Source of the DNA: an uncultured delta proteobacterium
GTDB taxonomy: Bacteria > Desulfobacterota > BSN033 > UBA1163
Direction of reading: 5' to 3'
Length of the DNA stretch: 64,000 nt
Assembly: GCA_963708295.1 (NCBI GenBank)
Contig: CAVPSJ010000017.1
Location: forward strand, 256,001-320,000
This document shows positions 1-11,103 of the stretch, one piece after another. Below the pieces are notes generated by a model. That model was not told the DNA's origin. It made no database searches and saw only the letters and a program-made list of their open reading frames with translations. Both the position numbers and the translations under genes were made by a program. How positions within the stretch are numbered: the first letter of the stretch is position 1; every line of letters begins with the position of its first letter.

Positions 1-698
1 AGGCCGATTGCATGGTCTATCATCCCAAATACTGCGTCATCAACGTGGGCGACCGGCTGGACCGCACGTCCCAGCTCAAGCCGATGATGTACCTGCGGGG
101 CATCCAGCAGATCTTCGTCGACATGGTGATGAACCCCAAGATCGTTGAGTACATCCGCGATCACATCATCAACTACTTCGTCGAATACAATCACCGCGTC
201 TTCAAGGCGGTCGAGGGTGAAATCGACATCTTCATGATGGGCGACGACATCGGCGCCCAGACCGGCCCACTGCTCAGCCTCGACATGTGGAGAAAGTACT
301 TCAAAAAGGCCTTCAAGACCTACATCGATATCGCCCACCAGTACAAGATCCCGGTCATGTACCACACCTGCGGAGACGTCAAGCAGTTCATCCCGGACTT
401 CATCGAGTGCGGCCTCGACATCCTGCAGTCCCTCCAGCCCAAGGCCACCAATATGGATATCAAGAAACTGAAACAGGAATTCGGCAAAGACATCACCTTC
501 CAGGGCGGAATGGACATCCAGCACGTCCTTCCGCTGGGCAAACCCGAGGATGTCAAGGCCATGGCGAAGTACGCCCTGGATTCGGCCAAGAAAGGAGGCG
601 GCTACATCATCTGCACGGCCCACAATATCCAGATCGACACCCCGATCGAGAACGTGGTGGCCCTCTTCGAGGCCTACCACGAGTATGGAAAATATTGA
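1..698 (+). CDS. Uroporphyrinogen decarboxylase-family / MtaA-CmuA-like methyltransferase (5'-truncated by window)
   Basis: Motifs MGDDIG..GPLLS, YHTCG, FQGGMDIQH.LP.G, GGYI...HNIQ typical of the URO-D-like family; lies next to corrinoid genes. Confidence 0.85.
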   Translation, partial: ADCMVYHPKYCVINVGDRLDRTSQLKPMMYLRGIQQIFVDMVMNPKIVEYIRDHIINYFVEYNHRVFKAVEGEIDIFMMGDDIGAQTGPLLSLDMWRKYFKKAFKTYIDIAHQYKIPVMYHTCGDVKQFIPDFIECGLDILQSLQPKATNMDIKKLKQEFGKDITFQGGMDIQHVLPLGKPEDVKAMAKYALDSAKKGGGYIICTAHNIQIDTPIENVVALFEAYHEYGKY

Positions 699-701
699 AG
701 G

Positions 702-740
702 CCCTCACCGTCCCCTCTCCTGACGGGGAGAGGAGAGGGG
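702..740. repeat. REP-like GC-rich hairpin
   Basis: CCCTCACC..CCCTCTCC / GGGGAGAGG..AGGG imperfect palindrome directly after the stop codon. Confidence 0.55.
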
Positions 741-746
741 AGATTC

Positions 747-1534
747 ATGCTAGATCATCGGCGAAAAGATCAATACTTCCATCAAAGACGTAAAGGAGGC
801 CATTCTCCAGAGAAAGGAATCCTTCATTGAGACTCTGGCCAAGAATCAAAAGACTGGGTGGGGCCGATTATCTGGAGGTGAATTCCGGGCTTCGCGTCAA
901 CCCTGAGGAAGAGGCCGGGGATCTCGACTGGCTGGTTCCCCTTATTCAAAAGGCTACAGACCTTCCCCTCTGCATTGACTCCGCCTCGGCCTCGTCCTCG
1001 AGAAGGCGCTGAAGCTGCATCAGGGGAAGGCGATCGTCAATTCGATGAACGGAGATCCGGCGATGGGGAGAGATTTTTCCTTTGGTAAAACAGTATGGAT
1101 GCAACCTGATTGCCCTCCCATCCGAGCGGAAGGGAATCCCGCCCAGCGAGGGACGGATCAGGATCGCGGAGCGGATCATCGACGGAGTTGCAAGGAAGGG
1201 ATCGCCCAGAACCGTATTTATTTCGATCCTCTGGTGATTCCCCTCTCCTCCGACACCAAGAACGGCCTTGTTCTTGGAAACCCTTAAAGAAATAAACGCT
1301 GCTTCCGGAGGCAAAGACGGTTTCGGGTCTCAGCAATATTTCGTTCGGACTTCCCAAGCGGAGCTGATCAACCAGTCCTTTCTCGTACTGGCCCTGGGGG
1401 CGGGATGGACGCGGCGATCTCAAGCCCCCGGATAAGACCCTCATGGCCCGATGAACAGTACGGAGGCCTTCTCAGCAAGGACACCTTTTGCGCCAAGTAT
1501 ATTGAGGCCTTCAGGAGCGGAAAATTAGGATAGA
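747..1534 (+). pseudogene. Pterin-binding methyltetrahydrofolate:corrinoid methyltransferase (AcsE/MeTr-like), several frameshifts
   Basis: Segments in different frames read M.IIGEKINTS, GADYLEVN, LPLCIDS, IVNS, IYFDPLVIPLS, TVSGLSNISFGLPKR; breaks may be sequencing indels. Confidence 0.8.
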
Positions 1535-1610
1535 GCATAAACTGTTCCAAAAAATCTAAATTTGAGGAGGGAGCATATTGACCGAGATTATTTATCAAAG
1601 GAGGTGTTTT

Positions 1611-2083
1611 ATGAGAAAGACTATGTTCATGGTCATATTAGTACTGGCTTGGGTTGGTATGGTTTTGGTTGCGATCCCATCCCAATCAGCAGACTTGAAG
1701 GAGGTGGCCTGGTTCAGGCAAAGGACGTAAAGGGGGAGGCCAAGGGCAAGCTTATCATTAATACCGCCAACGGCACCGACCTCGAAATCCAGATCACCGG
1801 ACTGGACCCCAAGGGCCTCTATACCGCCTTCTTCGTCAATGTCAAAAGTCAGATGTTCGAAGGCATCGGCCCGGCGCCCCACACTCTCAAGGTCAATGAG
1901 AAGGGGGAGGCGGATTTCAAGGGGACCATGAAGAAGGACATCTACAAACGCTTCGTGGCAGTGGGTATCTATCTCAACCCGGCGGGCAAGCCCATCGGCA
2001 ACCCGGTGGGAGTCAAGGCCGCATTGGGGCCTCTGGTCGCAACGGAAAAACCCAAGCTGATCCTGGAGGGTAAACTCAGATAA
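1611..2083 (+). CDS. Hypothetical exported protein, one frameshift near 1710
   Basis: AGGAGG RBS and ATG at 1611 give signal peptide MRKTMFMVILVLAW..; continues in the ORF 1562..2083 frame if one C is restored. Confidence 0.6.
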
Positions 2084-2151
2084 ACCCGTGACGGGATTGG
2101 CAGAGAGGGGTTCTAAACAACCATAACCATCAAGGATAAGGAGGAGGGATT

Positions 2152-3509
2152 ATGAGCACATTGACGGCATACGATGCCAGTAAAATGACCAAGCCGGACA
2201 TCCTTTCCGCTTGGAAAAGCTGGCAGGTCAGGACCTTCGTCACCATATGGATCACCTACGGTACATTCTACCTGTGCCGCGCCAACATGTCGTTCGCCCT
2301 GCCCGGTCTGAAGACGGAGTTCGGCTATTCCAACACCCTGCTGGGACTTCTGGGCACGTGCCTGTTCATCATGTATTCTATAGGCCAATTCATCAATGGC
2401 CAGTTGGGAGACAAGTACGGGGCCCGCAAGCTCGTCTTCGTGGGCATGATCGCATCGGCCCTGCTCAACATCATTTTCAGCTTTTCCACCGCCTTCGCCT
2501 TCATGATGGTGGTGTGGGGCTTGAACGGCTACTTCCAGTCCATGGGCTGGTCGCCCCAGGTCAAGACCATGGCCAACTGGTTCACCGTGGCGCAGCGCGG
2601 CAAATGGATGGGGTTGATGGGCTCCTGCTACCAGATAGGAAACGCCTACTCCTGGCTATTGGCCTCCTTTCTGGCGGCGCACTACAGCTGGCGCACCCTC
2701 TTCTGGGTGCCGGCCATTTTGTTACTTATCTCTTCCATCCACTTCGTCATCCGCCTGCGCAACGCACCGGAAGAGATAGGGCTGCCGCCCATCGAGCAGC
2801 TCCGGAAGATTGCCTCGGGCGAAGCCCCCGGGCTGCCCCCGGCCCCGCCTCTGCCCCGGGTGGCAAGGTCAAGGTCACCGAAGACAAGCACATGGGCTTT
2901 GGCTACACCATCAAGGTGTGTCTTACCAATCCACGCATCTGGGGCGTATCCGTCGCCTTCTTCTGCCTGGACATCATCCGCTACGGTTTCTTCTACTGGG
3001 CGCCGGTCTTCCTCATCGAGGTCCAGGGGGCCACGATCTCCAGCGCCGGCCTTTCGGTGGCCGTCCTGCCCATTGCTGGTTCGTGCGGCTCCATCGTATG
3101 TGGCTGGGCCACCGGCAGGTTCTTCCACAACCGCCGGGCCCCGGTAGTCTGCCTCTGTCTCTTCGGCCTGGCCATCTTCTCCTATCTGTTCTACTACGCT
3201 CCGCCGGGAGCGTGGCTTTTGAGCCTGTTCTACCTGGCCCTGATAGGGTTCTTTACTTACGGGGCTCACGTGCTCATGGTGGGGCACGCGGCCCAGGACT
3301 TCGCCGGCCGCAAGGCCGCGGCCTCGGCCGCCGGCTTCATCGACGGCTTCGGCTACATCGGCGCGGCCATGACCGGCATTTTCACCGGCTGGCTGGTGGA
3401 TAACTACAGCTGGACCGCCGGATTTTGGTACTGGATCATCGCGGCCCTGGTAGCCGGTTGTATCATGTTGGCTCTCTGGCGGGTCCCCGTCGTAGAGTTA
3501 GAAGAGTAA
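2152..3509 (+). CDS. MFS transporter, organophosphate:Pi antiporter (GlpT/UhpC-like) family, frameshift near 2850
   Basis: N-half YLCRANMS, GQLGDKYGAR, NGYFQSMGW, WF...RG; C-half in the other frame with AAGFIDGFGYIGA. Confidence 0.85.
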
Positions 3510-3654
3510 GTGTTCGTGCGGAAAGTTTGACCCTTAGCGGACGCAAGATGGGGAGCTCCCTTCTCTTAGCCTGGTTTTGGGCGTGAGGGAGGGGGCCCCT
3601 ATCTTTATGATGCTCTTTGCGAGAAGTAAATGTAAAGCGGTGAATACGGAGGAC

Positions 3655-4150
3655 ATGGCATTCCCCCTCATGAGCTGGCGAGACCTCATACCTAAAACCA
3701 CAATCTCCCAGGAAACCATGGAGGCCCTTGGCCCCGTGTTCATGGGCCAGAGGACTGTTCAGCCGCGGCCAGTACCTTGAGGCCGAGGCCATGTACTGCC
3801 AGGCCCTGGAGAACTTCCCTCCTAAAAGCGGCGGTAGGGTTTTAATTTACAACAAACTGGGTATACTTTACGAAAAAATGGGAAACTCCCGTCAGGCCCT
3901 GGATAGTTACGAGAAAGGCGTGAAGGAGGGGGCGCTCACACCCTTCACCTACCAGCGGATGTGCTGCCTGCATCTGGAGGCCGGCCGCCTGCCCCAGGCC
4001 CTGGACTGTGCCCAACAGGGCATCCAGGTATTGAAAAAGGCCCGCACCAACCTTCCCCAGGAGATCTACTTCTGGTTCGTCTTTCAGAGGCTGAAACGGA
4101 AGATCACCCGCCGCATGCCGCCTTCTCAGCAAAAGATGCATGGTTTTTAA
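3655..4150 (+). CDS. Small TPR-repeat protein (probable frameshift near 5' end)
   Basis: TPR-like helices YLEAEAMYCQALE and YNKLGILYEKMG..ALDSYEKG. Confidence 0.55.
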
Positions 4151-4228
4151 ACTTCATCATATTAGGACTCATTGGTTTCCGCGTCTTGGAACCCAGGTCA
4201 TCCTCATTAGGGCCGTGCCCATGGATTT

Positions 4229-4435
4229 TTGGACAAGGCTGCAGTGTCAGCAGCCGGTTTCATCGACTTCTTCGGCTATATCGTTGCAGGCATGGCAGGT
4301 GTTGTTAGCGGTGTTCTCACGGATAGGATCGGATGGCACGCGGCTTTCTGGTTCTGGATTATCGCTGCCTTTGTCTCTTCAGCGATTTGCGTGGCTCTGT
4401 GGAAGTACAAACCACCGCCAGGGAAATATCTCTAA
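4229..4435 (+). pseudogene. C-terminal remnant of a paralogous OPA-type MFS gene
   Basis: KAAVSAAGFIDFFGYI..GW.AAFWFWIIAA closely matches the C-terminus of the 2152-3509 transporter. Confidence 0.75.
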
Positions 4436-4557
4436 GCGTCATCGATATAAATATACACGATGAGGAGGATGTAAAGGGGGAAAAATTTTTCCCCTTTACT
4501 TTTTTGGACGGTGTGATATGGTAATGCCTCAACGTTGGGTTTTAAGGCCGGGTTCGA

Positions 4558-5247
4558 ATGAACGCGATTCGCCAGCTGGAATGCGCCATCGTCAAAGGGA
4601 ACATTAATAGGGCGACGGCCCTCACGGAGAAATGCCTGCAGGAAGGCTATCCTCCTTTGGTCATCATGGAAAAAGGTATCTTAAAGGGAATGGAGGTCGT
4701 TGGTGAAAAATGGAAGACCTATGAATACTTCATCCCGAACGTCCTCGTCTCGGCCATGGCCACGAAACTCTCTCTGAATGCCCTCCATGTCTCCCTGAAG
4801 ACCTTCGGAAATCGGTATAATGGAAAAGCCGTAGCAGGAACCGTCAGGGGAGATGTTCATGACATCGGCAAGAATATTGTCCTCATGTTCATGGATGCTG
4901 CCGGCGTCGAGGTGATCGATCTCGGGATCGATGTCTCTCCCGAGCATTTCATCCGGGCGGTCAGGAAGGAGAAACCCGATCTTCTTCTGCTCTCGTGCCT
5001 CTACACGGTCACGATGCATGCCATGGAGGATACCGTCATCGCTCTCAAGAAAGCAGGGCTGAAGGGAAGGGTGAAAACCATCGTTGGAGGGGCACCCATC
5101 ACCCAGGAGTTCGCTGACAGCATTGGCGCCGACGGGTTTGGAGCGGATGCGGTCGAGGGGGTCAAGAAAGCAAAGGAGCTTCTCAACTATGAGAAGAGCA
5201 ATGGAGAAACCCGGAGTTTCTCCAGTCATTTCGGGAGGGGGCAGTAG
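4558..5247 (+). CDS. Corrinoid (B12-binding) protein of a methyltransferase system
   Basis: Cap domain GMEVVGEKW..YFIP plus GDVHDIGKN (DxHxxG), IDLG.DV and IVGGAP. Confidence 0.92.
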   Translation: MNAIRQLECAIVKGNINRATALTEKCLQEGYPPLVIMEKGILKGMEVVGEKWKTYEYFIPNVLVSAMATKLSLNALHVSLKTFGNRYNGKAVAGTVRGDVHDIGKNIVLMFMDAAGVEVIDLGIDVSPEHFIRAVRKEKPDLLLLSCLYTVTMHAMEDTVIALKKAGLKGRVKTIVGGAPITQEFADSIGADGFGADAVEGVKKAKELLNYEKSNGETRSFSSHFGRGQ

Positions 5248-6544
5248 AGTTCCCTCTCCTCCCTCAGAGGAGTATCTTTTTCCAAGAATCATCGACTCTT
5301 TTCAGAAGGCGATGAGATTAAGGGTCCATCTCGTCCCTGTCAATAAAAAGAGAGGAAAGAGGTCTCTCAACGGAGATGGACACCCTTTTTGTAAAATGAT
5401 CCAAAGCTGCCCAACGGGTAGAAAACGCTGCCTCAAAGAGATCAGTCGTGCCGTCCATGTCTCGGCAAAAACGGGGGAGCCGTATATCTTCCAGTGCCAT
5501 GCCGATATGATTGAATTCACCGCAGCCCTCTTGGACGGGGGGGAAAACGTCTCTGCCTTCGTGTGTGGGCCTATTCTGTTGAGGCACCCCGACTCCTTTT
5601 TTGAAAAGGACATGCTCGCCAAGGTTGAGGATCTTTCGCTGAATCCATCTCTTTTGAGGGAGACCGTGGCGGAAATCCCCGTGTTCTCAGAAAGACGGGT
5701 TCAGGCAGCGGCAGACCTCCTTTTTATGATTGCAAACTATTTCAGCCGGATGGACCCCCTGTCCCAGATGCAACAGCACGAGATTGCCAGACAACAAGCC
5801 TCACTGGCTGAAGAACTCATGACGAGCAAGAAGGCGGATTCCGAGGTGAATGAGCTTCCATCAACTCGTTTTCAATTCGAGGGAGAGATCCACAAGGAAA
5901 AAGAGCTGGTTGATCTGATCAAGTTTGGGGACCGGAAGAAGGCAAAGGTTCTACTGGACGAGCTGCTCGGGACAGCCCTCTTCCGAAGCCATGAACACAC
6001 CGGAATTCTGAAGGCCCGGGCGCTCGAGATCATCTTTGTCATTGCCAGGGCGGCCGTCGAGGCAGGAGCAAACCTGGAGGAGATTCTTGGATTCAAGTAT
6101 CAATGTATCCAGAACCTTTCCAGGGACGATTCCCAGGAAGCGTTGTACTACTTTCTCATGAACGCATTCGATCACCTTTTCGAATGCATCTATCAGAATC
6201 GAAACATACAGCATACCAAGATCTTTGCCAGGGCAAAGGAATACATTTGGAGCAACTACAACCAGGACATATCCTTAAAAAGGCTGTCGGAGGCTGTGGG
6301 AATGAGCCCCTATTATCTGAGCCATCTCTTTCGAAAGGAGATGGGCGTCTCCTTCACGGAATATCTGACCTCCGTGAGGATCTCAGTCGCGAAAAGCCTT
6401 CTGAAACAAACGACGAAAACGGTCCTGGACATCTGCCTCGACGTTGGCTATCAGGATCCGAGCCACTTTGCCAAGGTCTTCAAGAAAAAAGAAGGCCTTC
6501 ACCCGACGGAATATCGTAACAGAACACTGGATTCCAGAGTTTGA
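5201..6544 (+). CDS. PocR ligand-binding domain / AraC-family transcriptional regulator
   Basis: HPFCKMI..C..YIFQCHA (PocR domain) and C-terminal AraC HTH YLSHLFRKEMG..VGYQDPSHFAKVFKK; start uncertain (5189 or 5201). Confidence 0.88.
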   Translation: MEKPGVSPVISGGGSRVPSPPSEEYLFPRIIDSFQKAMRLRVHLVPVNKKRGKRSLNGDGHPFCKMIQSCPTGRKRCLKEISRAVHVSAKTGEPYIFQCHADMIEFTAALLDGGENVSAFVCGPILLRHPDSFFEKDMLAKVEDLSLNPSLLRETVAEIPVFSERRVQAAADLLFMIANYFSRMDPLSQMQQHEIARQQASLAEELMTSKKADSEVNELPSTRFQFEGEIHKEKELVDLIKFGDRKKAKVLLDELLGTALFRSHEHTGILKARALEIIFVIARAAVEAGANLEEILGFKYQCIQNLSRDDSQEALYYFLMNAFDHLFECIYQNRNIQHTKIFARAKEYIWSNYNQDISLKRLSEAVGMSPYYLSHLFRKEMGVSFTEYLTSVRISVAKSLLKQTTKTVLDICLDVGYQDPSHFAKVFKKKEGLHPTEYRNRTLDSRV

Positions 6545-6801
6545 CCGGCCTTCCATAAACCTCTTACCCTCTTCTCCAGCTTTATCAGCGTCCTTGGTGA
6601 CTTTGATAAATTGACGTTTGTTGCTAAAAGGTATAGATTCCAATTGCTGCCCATTACTGATCGATAAGAAGAGACGAAGGGCTTGCGTATTCACAGTCAT
6701 CTGGAGTAAATCACTGCTGTCCAAATTAAGTGGAATTTCCAGGGGGGTAAAGTTGATTTCATTCAGCTATCGGATTAATATTTGCCCTTTTCAACGCCAG
6801 G

Positions 6802-7045
6802 TTTCACCGCAGAGCCGCAGAGATCGCTGAGGAAGATTTTTCTTCTGCTCCGATCGGCCACCGGCTCAGAGAGCCTATGGCTCGGAGAGGAGACGGCGAT
6901 TGGAGCAGGAACTCCGTCCGTTTGATGGCTGTCGTACTATCATGAGTCTTATCTTTTCTTAGAATTAGAAACCTTTTTATTTGGCGGTATCTCCCCGCCA
7001 AACAAAAAGCCCTTTCTCCGCGTTCTCTGCGGCTCCGCGGTGAAA
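6802..7045. mobile_element. MITE/REP-like element with ~22-bp terminal inverted repeats
   Basis: TTTCACCGCAGAGCCGCAGAGA (6802) and TCTCTGCGGCTCCGCGGTGAAA (ends 7045), one mismatch; no credible ORF inside. Confidence 0.65.
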
Positions 7046-7059
7046 ATGTTATTTTTCCC

Positions 7060-7179
7060 TTCGAGTCTCCCATCGAACGAGAGCGTCAGGGACTATCCTC
7101 CTGTGCAGCTCACCCTGACGGGCAGGAAGGATTAAAGGCATTTTCAGAAAAGCGAAAACCAAAATTCAACCTCAAATGA
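7060..7179 (+). pseudogene. C-terminal remnant of an enoyl-CoA hydratase
   Basis: Translates ..ERERQGL..HPDGQEGLKAFSEKRKPKF, the typical crotonase C-terminus; no N-terminal part. Confidence 0.65.
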
Positions 7180-7290
7180 ATCTTATTTATATTTAGATAG
7201 ATCATTAATAAAGGCAGAAATTCATAATTTTACGGATGTCCCCTTTGTCCTTTTCCTAAAAACGAGGTAATCTTTCGTTCTGTTTTTAAA

Positions 7291-7313
7291 TGTCAATATT
7301 TAAGTCTGACCCC
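7291..7313 (-). repeat. Inverted copy of the array-repeat terminal motif
   Basis: Reverse complement GGGGTCAGACTTAAATATTGACA resembles the repeat left end GGGGTCGAATCTTTATCCTTGAC. Confidence 0.5.
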
Positions 7314-7317
7314 ACGC

Positions 7318-7968
7318 TTTCCCTCTAAGGATGCTGAGCCCTGGGGAGATGCGAAGCGTCGTGCCACCGAGTGGTTGGAGGATATACAATGGTTTTTCGC
7401 GGACGAGATGGAGCGGCTAGGCTATGGGCGAAAGACATTTGAGATCGCGAGAGATGAAAGAGGTGAACTTATTTTTCATCAAATTTTAAGCCCTTTACTT
7501 AAAAGAGATTTTAACGGAGATTTTGAATCCAGAAAGGAAAACTGCAAAAAAGTGGCTCAAGACTATAGACTCCAAAAGTCGAACCGTAATGACATTGTCG
7601 TATACATCCATGAGTCATGCTCAATCAGCGGAGGGAAACTTGTCGGCGATGGAGCTAAAAGCACAGGAGGCGATGTGTTTCTTGGTAGTTTACATCTCAA
7701 GCTAGCCATAAGAGAATGGCTGTCAGATAATAGTAAGTTCGATGGTAAATGGATATCTTGGATTAGTTCAGAACCTCTGAAGCGCAAAATGTTAAATAAG
7801 CGGGGCAGCGAAGTAGGAGATGTGAGTGGAGCAGCCTTCGGAATTATGACTCACGAGTTGGCTCATTGCTTTGGACTTCAAGATGAAAGAGATAATAAGA
7901 AAATTGAAAAGGTGAACCTTATGCGTTTGGGTACCGACGAATGCGCGGGTATTTCCGGCCTCATTTGA
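7318..7968 (+). pseudogene. N-truncated HExxH zinc-metallopeptidase-like fragment
   Basis: THELAHCFGL motif; frame is open back to the GACCCC motif with no RBS/start. Confidence 0.55.
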
Positions 7969-8268
7969 CAAATGGTCGATGTATTATCAGCGAAGAGAGC
8001 GCGAAGATTTTTAACAAGACAGACCTCTTTGCGGTAAGAAGGCTGAAGAGGGATGATCCCGTTGCACGTTAACCAGCGATACCATCAAAGAGGATGTGGG
8101 GCAGGAGTATTCTCCAAGGAGCAAGCGTAACAAAAACCGCTTGAACAAGCGGTTTTTGTTACGTCCTCGCCCTGATTGTTAGCACCCGGCACTGGACGGT
8201 CGAACCTAAATGATGGTATTATTGGGACAATTTGATCAAAAGAACAAAGCTGTCTTGAGTAAAATATT

Positions 8269-9522
8269 ATGGGGCCTATCCTTATTTTTGACAAATCGGT
8301 ATTAGAAAGTCTCAATCCGGATGAGGCCATGTGGCTTGATAATTTCTTCCTTTCAAATATTACCCCCCTTTTCTTTGTCGAAACACTCGCTGATTTAGAA
8401 AAGGAAGTTCGGAGAGGTCTTACCCCCGAACAGGTAGTCGGGAGTCTGGCTTATAAAACCCCGGAATGGGGAAAACCAAATGTGCATCACCAAGCGCTGG
8501 TTGAAGCAGAATTGAGCGGCGTGGGTTCAATGGACATGGAATACGGTCGGCCGCATATTCCAGGTGGACGGGTTGTAGAATTAGAACACAAGACCGGGGT
8601 CATCTTTCAACCCTCTCCCGAGGAAGAAGCTCTGTCTCGATGGCAGAAATATCAATTTCTGGATCTGGAGCGGCTGCTTGCCAAGGTTTGGAGGCGGGGT
8701 CTTTCAGGAATTAATTTTGATGAAATCTATAGAGTTTATCAGGCATTTTATCCGATAGGTAAGGCGAAAACGTTCGCTGATGTTAAGAAATTCGTTGACT
8801 TTCACATTGCCAGCCCAGACCAGGAGCGTCTTCTTCTGTTTGGGCTTTCCCTTATTGGGGTATCTCCTCAGTTTCAGGCTGAGATCATAAAGAGATGGAG
8901 AAATAACGGGAAGCCAAAAATCAAGGACTTTGCTCCTTACTTTACACACGTTTTTTCCGTGGATTTTTTCTTTAACCTCGCTATTGCATCGGATCTAATC
9001 AGTCGAGGTAGGCCAAGTCATAAGATTGATCTTGCCTACTTGTACTACCTGCCATTTTGTATGGTTTTCACTTCAAACGACAACTTTCACGCTGATATTG
9101 TGCCTTTCTTCTTGCGAGATAATCAGTCCTTCGTTACTGGGACCGACCTGAAGGCAGATTTGGCCAATTTAGATAAATACTACAGCGCCTTTCCTAAAGA
9201 AGTAAAGGAGCGCGGAGTAATGAGTTTCGCGCACCACCCTCCTCACGATAATTCGTTCCTGACTACCCGGCTGTGGGATAAACACATGGCCACAGATTGG
9301 CGTGAAAAACTAACAACCACCCCAAAACCAGAGGGTCAGGCGGGCAAGAAGATTATTGATGAGATACGGCGGTTTGAAAAAGAAGGGATCCCAGTTTCTG
9401 AGCAAGATCGTGTCGGTAGCGATAAAACTGACATCATGTTAATAAAAAGAATGGTCCGAGCAAAAAAGGGAAAATGGACTCTCTTTCCCCTGGAGGTATT
9501 AAAACGACTGGACTCTGATTAG
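8269..9522 (+). CDS. Hypothetical protein (417 aa)
   Basis: Long uninterrupted AT-richer ORF; no family recognised. Confidence 0.75.
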   Translation: MGPILIFDKSVLESLNPDEAMWLDNFFLSNITPLFFVETLADLEKEVRRGLTPEQVVGSLAYKTPEWGKPNVHHQALVEAELSGVGSMDMEYGRPHIPGGRVVELEHKTGVIFQPSPEEEALSRWQKYQFLDLERLLAKVWRRGLSGINFDEIYRVYQAFYPIGKAKTFADVKKFVDFHIASPDQERLLLFGLSLIGVSPQFQAEIIKRWRNNGKPKIKDFAPYFTHVFSVDFFFNLAIASDLISRGRPSHKIDLAYLYYLPFCMVFTSNDNFHADIVPFFLRDNQSFVTGTDLKADLANLDKYYSAFPKEVKERGVMSFAHHPPHDNSFLTTRLWDKHMATDWREKLTTTPKPEGQAGKKIIDEIRRFEKEGIPVSEQDRVGSDKTDIMLIKRMVRAKKGKWTLFPLEVLKRLDSD

Positions 9523-9591
9523 GGGGACGTTCGTGCGGGGCATGCCTGAAGATTTTTATATTTCAGCCTTACCTCCCCTGGGAATGCCTCT

Positions 9592-9786
9592 GAGATCGAA
9601 TCTTTATCCTTTCCCTATATTTCACGAAAGTTTCCTTTTCACCCCAGACTTTTCCCCTGAAAACGAAGAAATATCTGCACCGCCACCCTGCGGATTTCTG
9701 ATTGGAATATACATATTTTATGAGAGTTGGTCAACCGAAACTTTCAGAAAAAAAAGAGTCAAAGAAGGTGGGCTGGTTGTTCCACC
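9592..9786 (-). repeat. Array repeat copy 1
   Basis: Matches consensus ..CCTATATTTCACGAAAG..GAAAACGAAGAAATATCTGCACCGCCACCCTG..GATTGGAATAT..TTGGTCAACCGAAACTTTCAGAA. Confidence 0.95.
9706..9734 (-). promoter_or_regulatory. sigma70-like promoter inside the repeat (example copy; present in most copies)
   Basis: Minus strand TTGACC-N17-TATATT; other copies have -10 variants TATACT or TATTCT with the same spacing. Confidence 0.75.
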
Positions 9787-9924
9787 TCCTACTAACCCAC
9801 GCCGTTGGTTTGCGGGGAGAAAACCAATTATTTATTGAAAGCAAAAACAGAGGTTCAGGATGAATAGACAACTTTTGCCTCGCTGTGGAGATACTGCATC
9901 CGTTCTTGCGAAAATGAAAGAAGG

Positions 9925-10957
9925 TTAAAAATCATTGATCGAATCAATAAGACTCCTGAGCCTGCCGAAGTCCTTGCGGTTAAAGTCTATCACAAGTCGC
10001 GGCAGATGAATAACATCCGCATCATCCATTTCAGCTTCCAAAGCCTCGGACGCCGCGATTCTTCCCCCGGGCAGAATGATGTCATGAAACTGATCTGTCA
10101 GCTTCTGGATGTCATCGGGGCCGAGCTGAGATGTGAGCCGGATCACGAGTTGGCCATGCACATACCGCATGCTGTGATAGCGGAAATAGAAATGCTGAAT
10201 CTTCTCCACCGCATCATCCACGGAACATACCCGTTCAAAGAGCGCAAAGTCCGATGGGCCAATATAGTTACGAGCCAGGAGCTCTTCCTCGAAGAGCTTG
10301 ATCAGGTGGGACCAGTAGGAACATTCAGGATCGTCCACGAGCACAAGCGGCATGGGATTGCGTTTGCCGGTTTGTACCAGGGTGAGCGTCTCCATCGCCT
10401 CGTCGAGCGTGCCAAAGCCGCCCGGGAAGAGCGCCACGGCATCCGCTTCTTTAAGGAAGGCAACTTTGCGGTTGAAAAAATATTTGTACGTGATGAGCCG
10501 CGGGTTACCCTCGATCACGGAATTCGGCTTCTCCTCGAACGGCAAGCGGATGTTCACACCGAAGGAATGCTCGGCGCCGGCTCCCTCGTTGACGGCCTGC
10601 ATGATGCCTCTTCCTCCGCCGGTGATGACCATATAACCAGTCTCAGCGAGCTTTTTCCCGAAGAGCTTTGCCATCTCGTAGATCGGATCGCCCGGCTGGG
10701 TGCGCGCCGAGCCGAAGACCGTGACCTTGCGAACATTCCGGTAGGAGCCGAAGACCTTGGAAGTGAACCGCATCTCCTTCAGCGTCGTGTTCATGAGCTT
10801 GAGGTCCGCGCCCTCGTCGTCCTCCTGCCCGGCCTTTGAGTGAGGCGATGATCATTTCGCGGACGTATTTCGGCCTCCGGATGCCCCCGGCGGTCTCCAT
10901 CAATTTCTCGATGATCTCGTCAATGGGACCGTTATTTTTTGTGAAATAAATTTTCAT
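9925..10957 (-). CDS. LOG-family (TIGR00730-like) protein, frameshift near 10835
   Basis: VTVFGSART, ITGGG.GIM and PGGFGTLDE motifs; N-terminus MKIYFTK.. lies in the adjacent frame. Confidence 0.9.
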
Positions 10958-11103
10958 GATTTCTCTGTTATCGTGTAGGTACCTGCTTTGATGATAAGCC
11001 TTTTTTAGTCTTTTTTCGAGAAAGATGATGGATTTTCCCCTCTGAACCGTCTCGCCCACTCCATAAAATGGGGACACATACCACTTTCCTTTTTGAGATC
11101 TCC

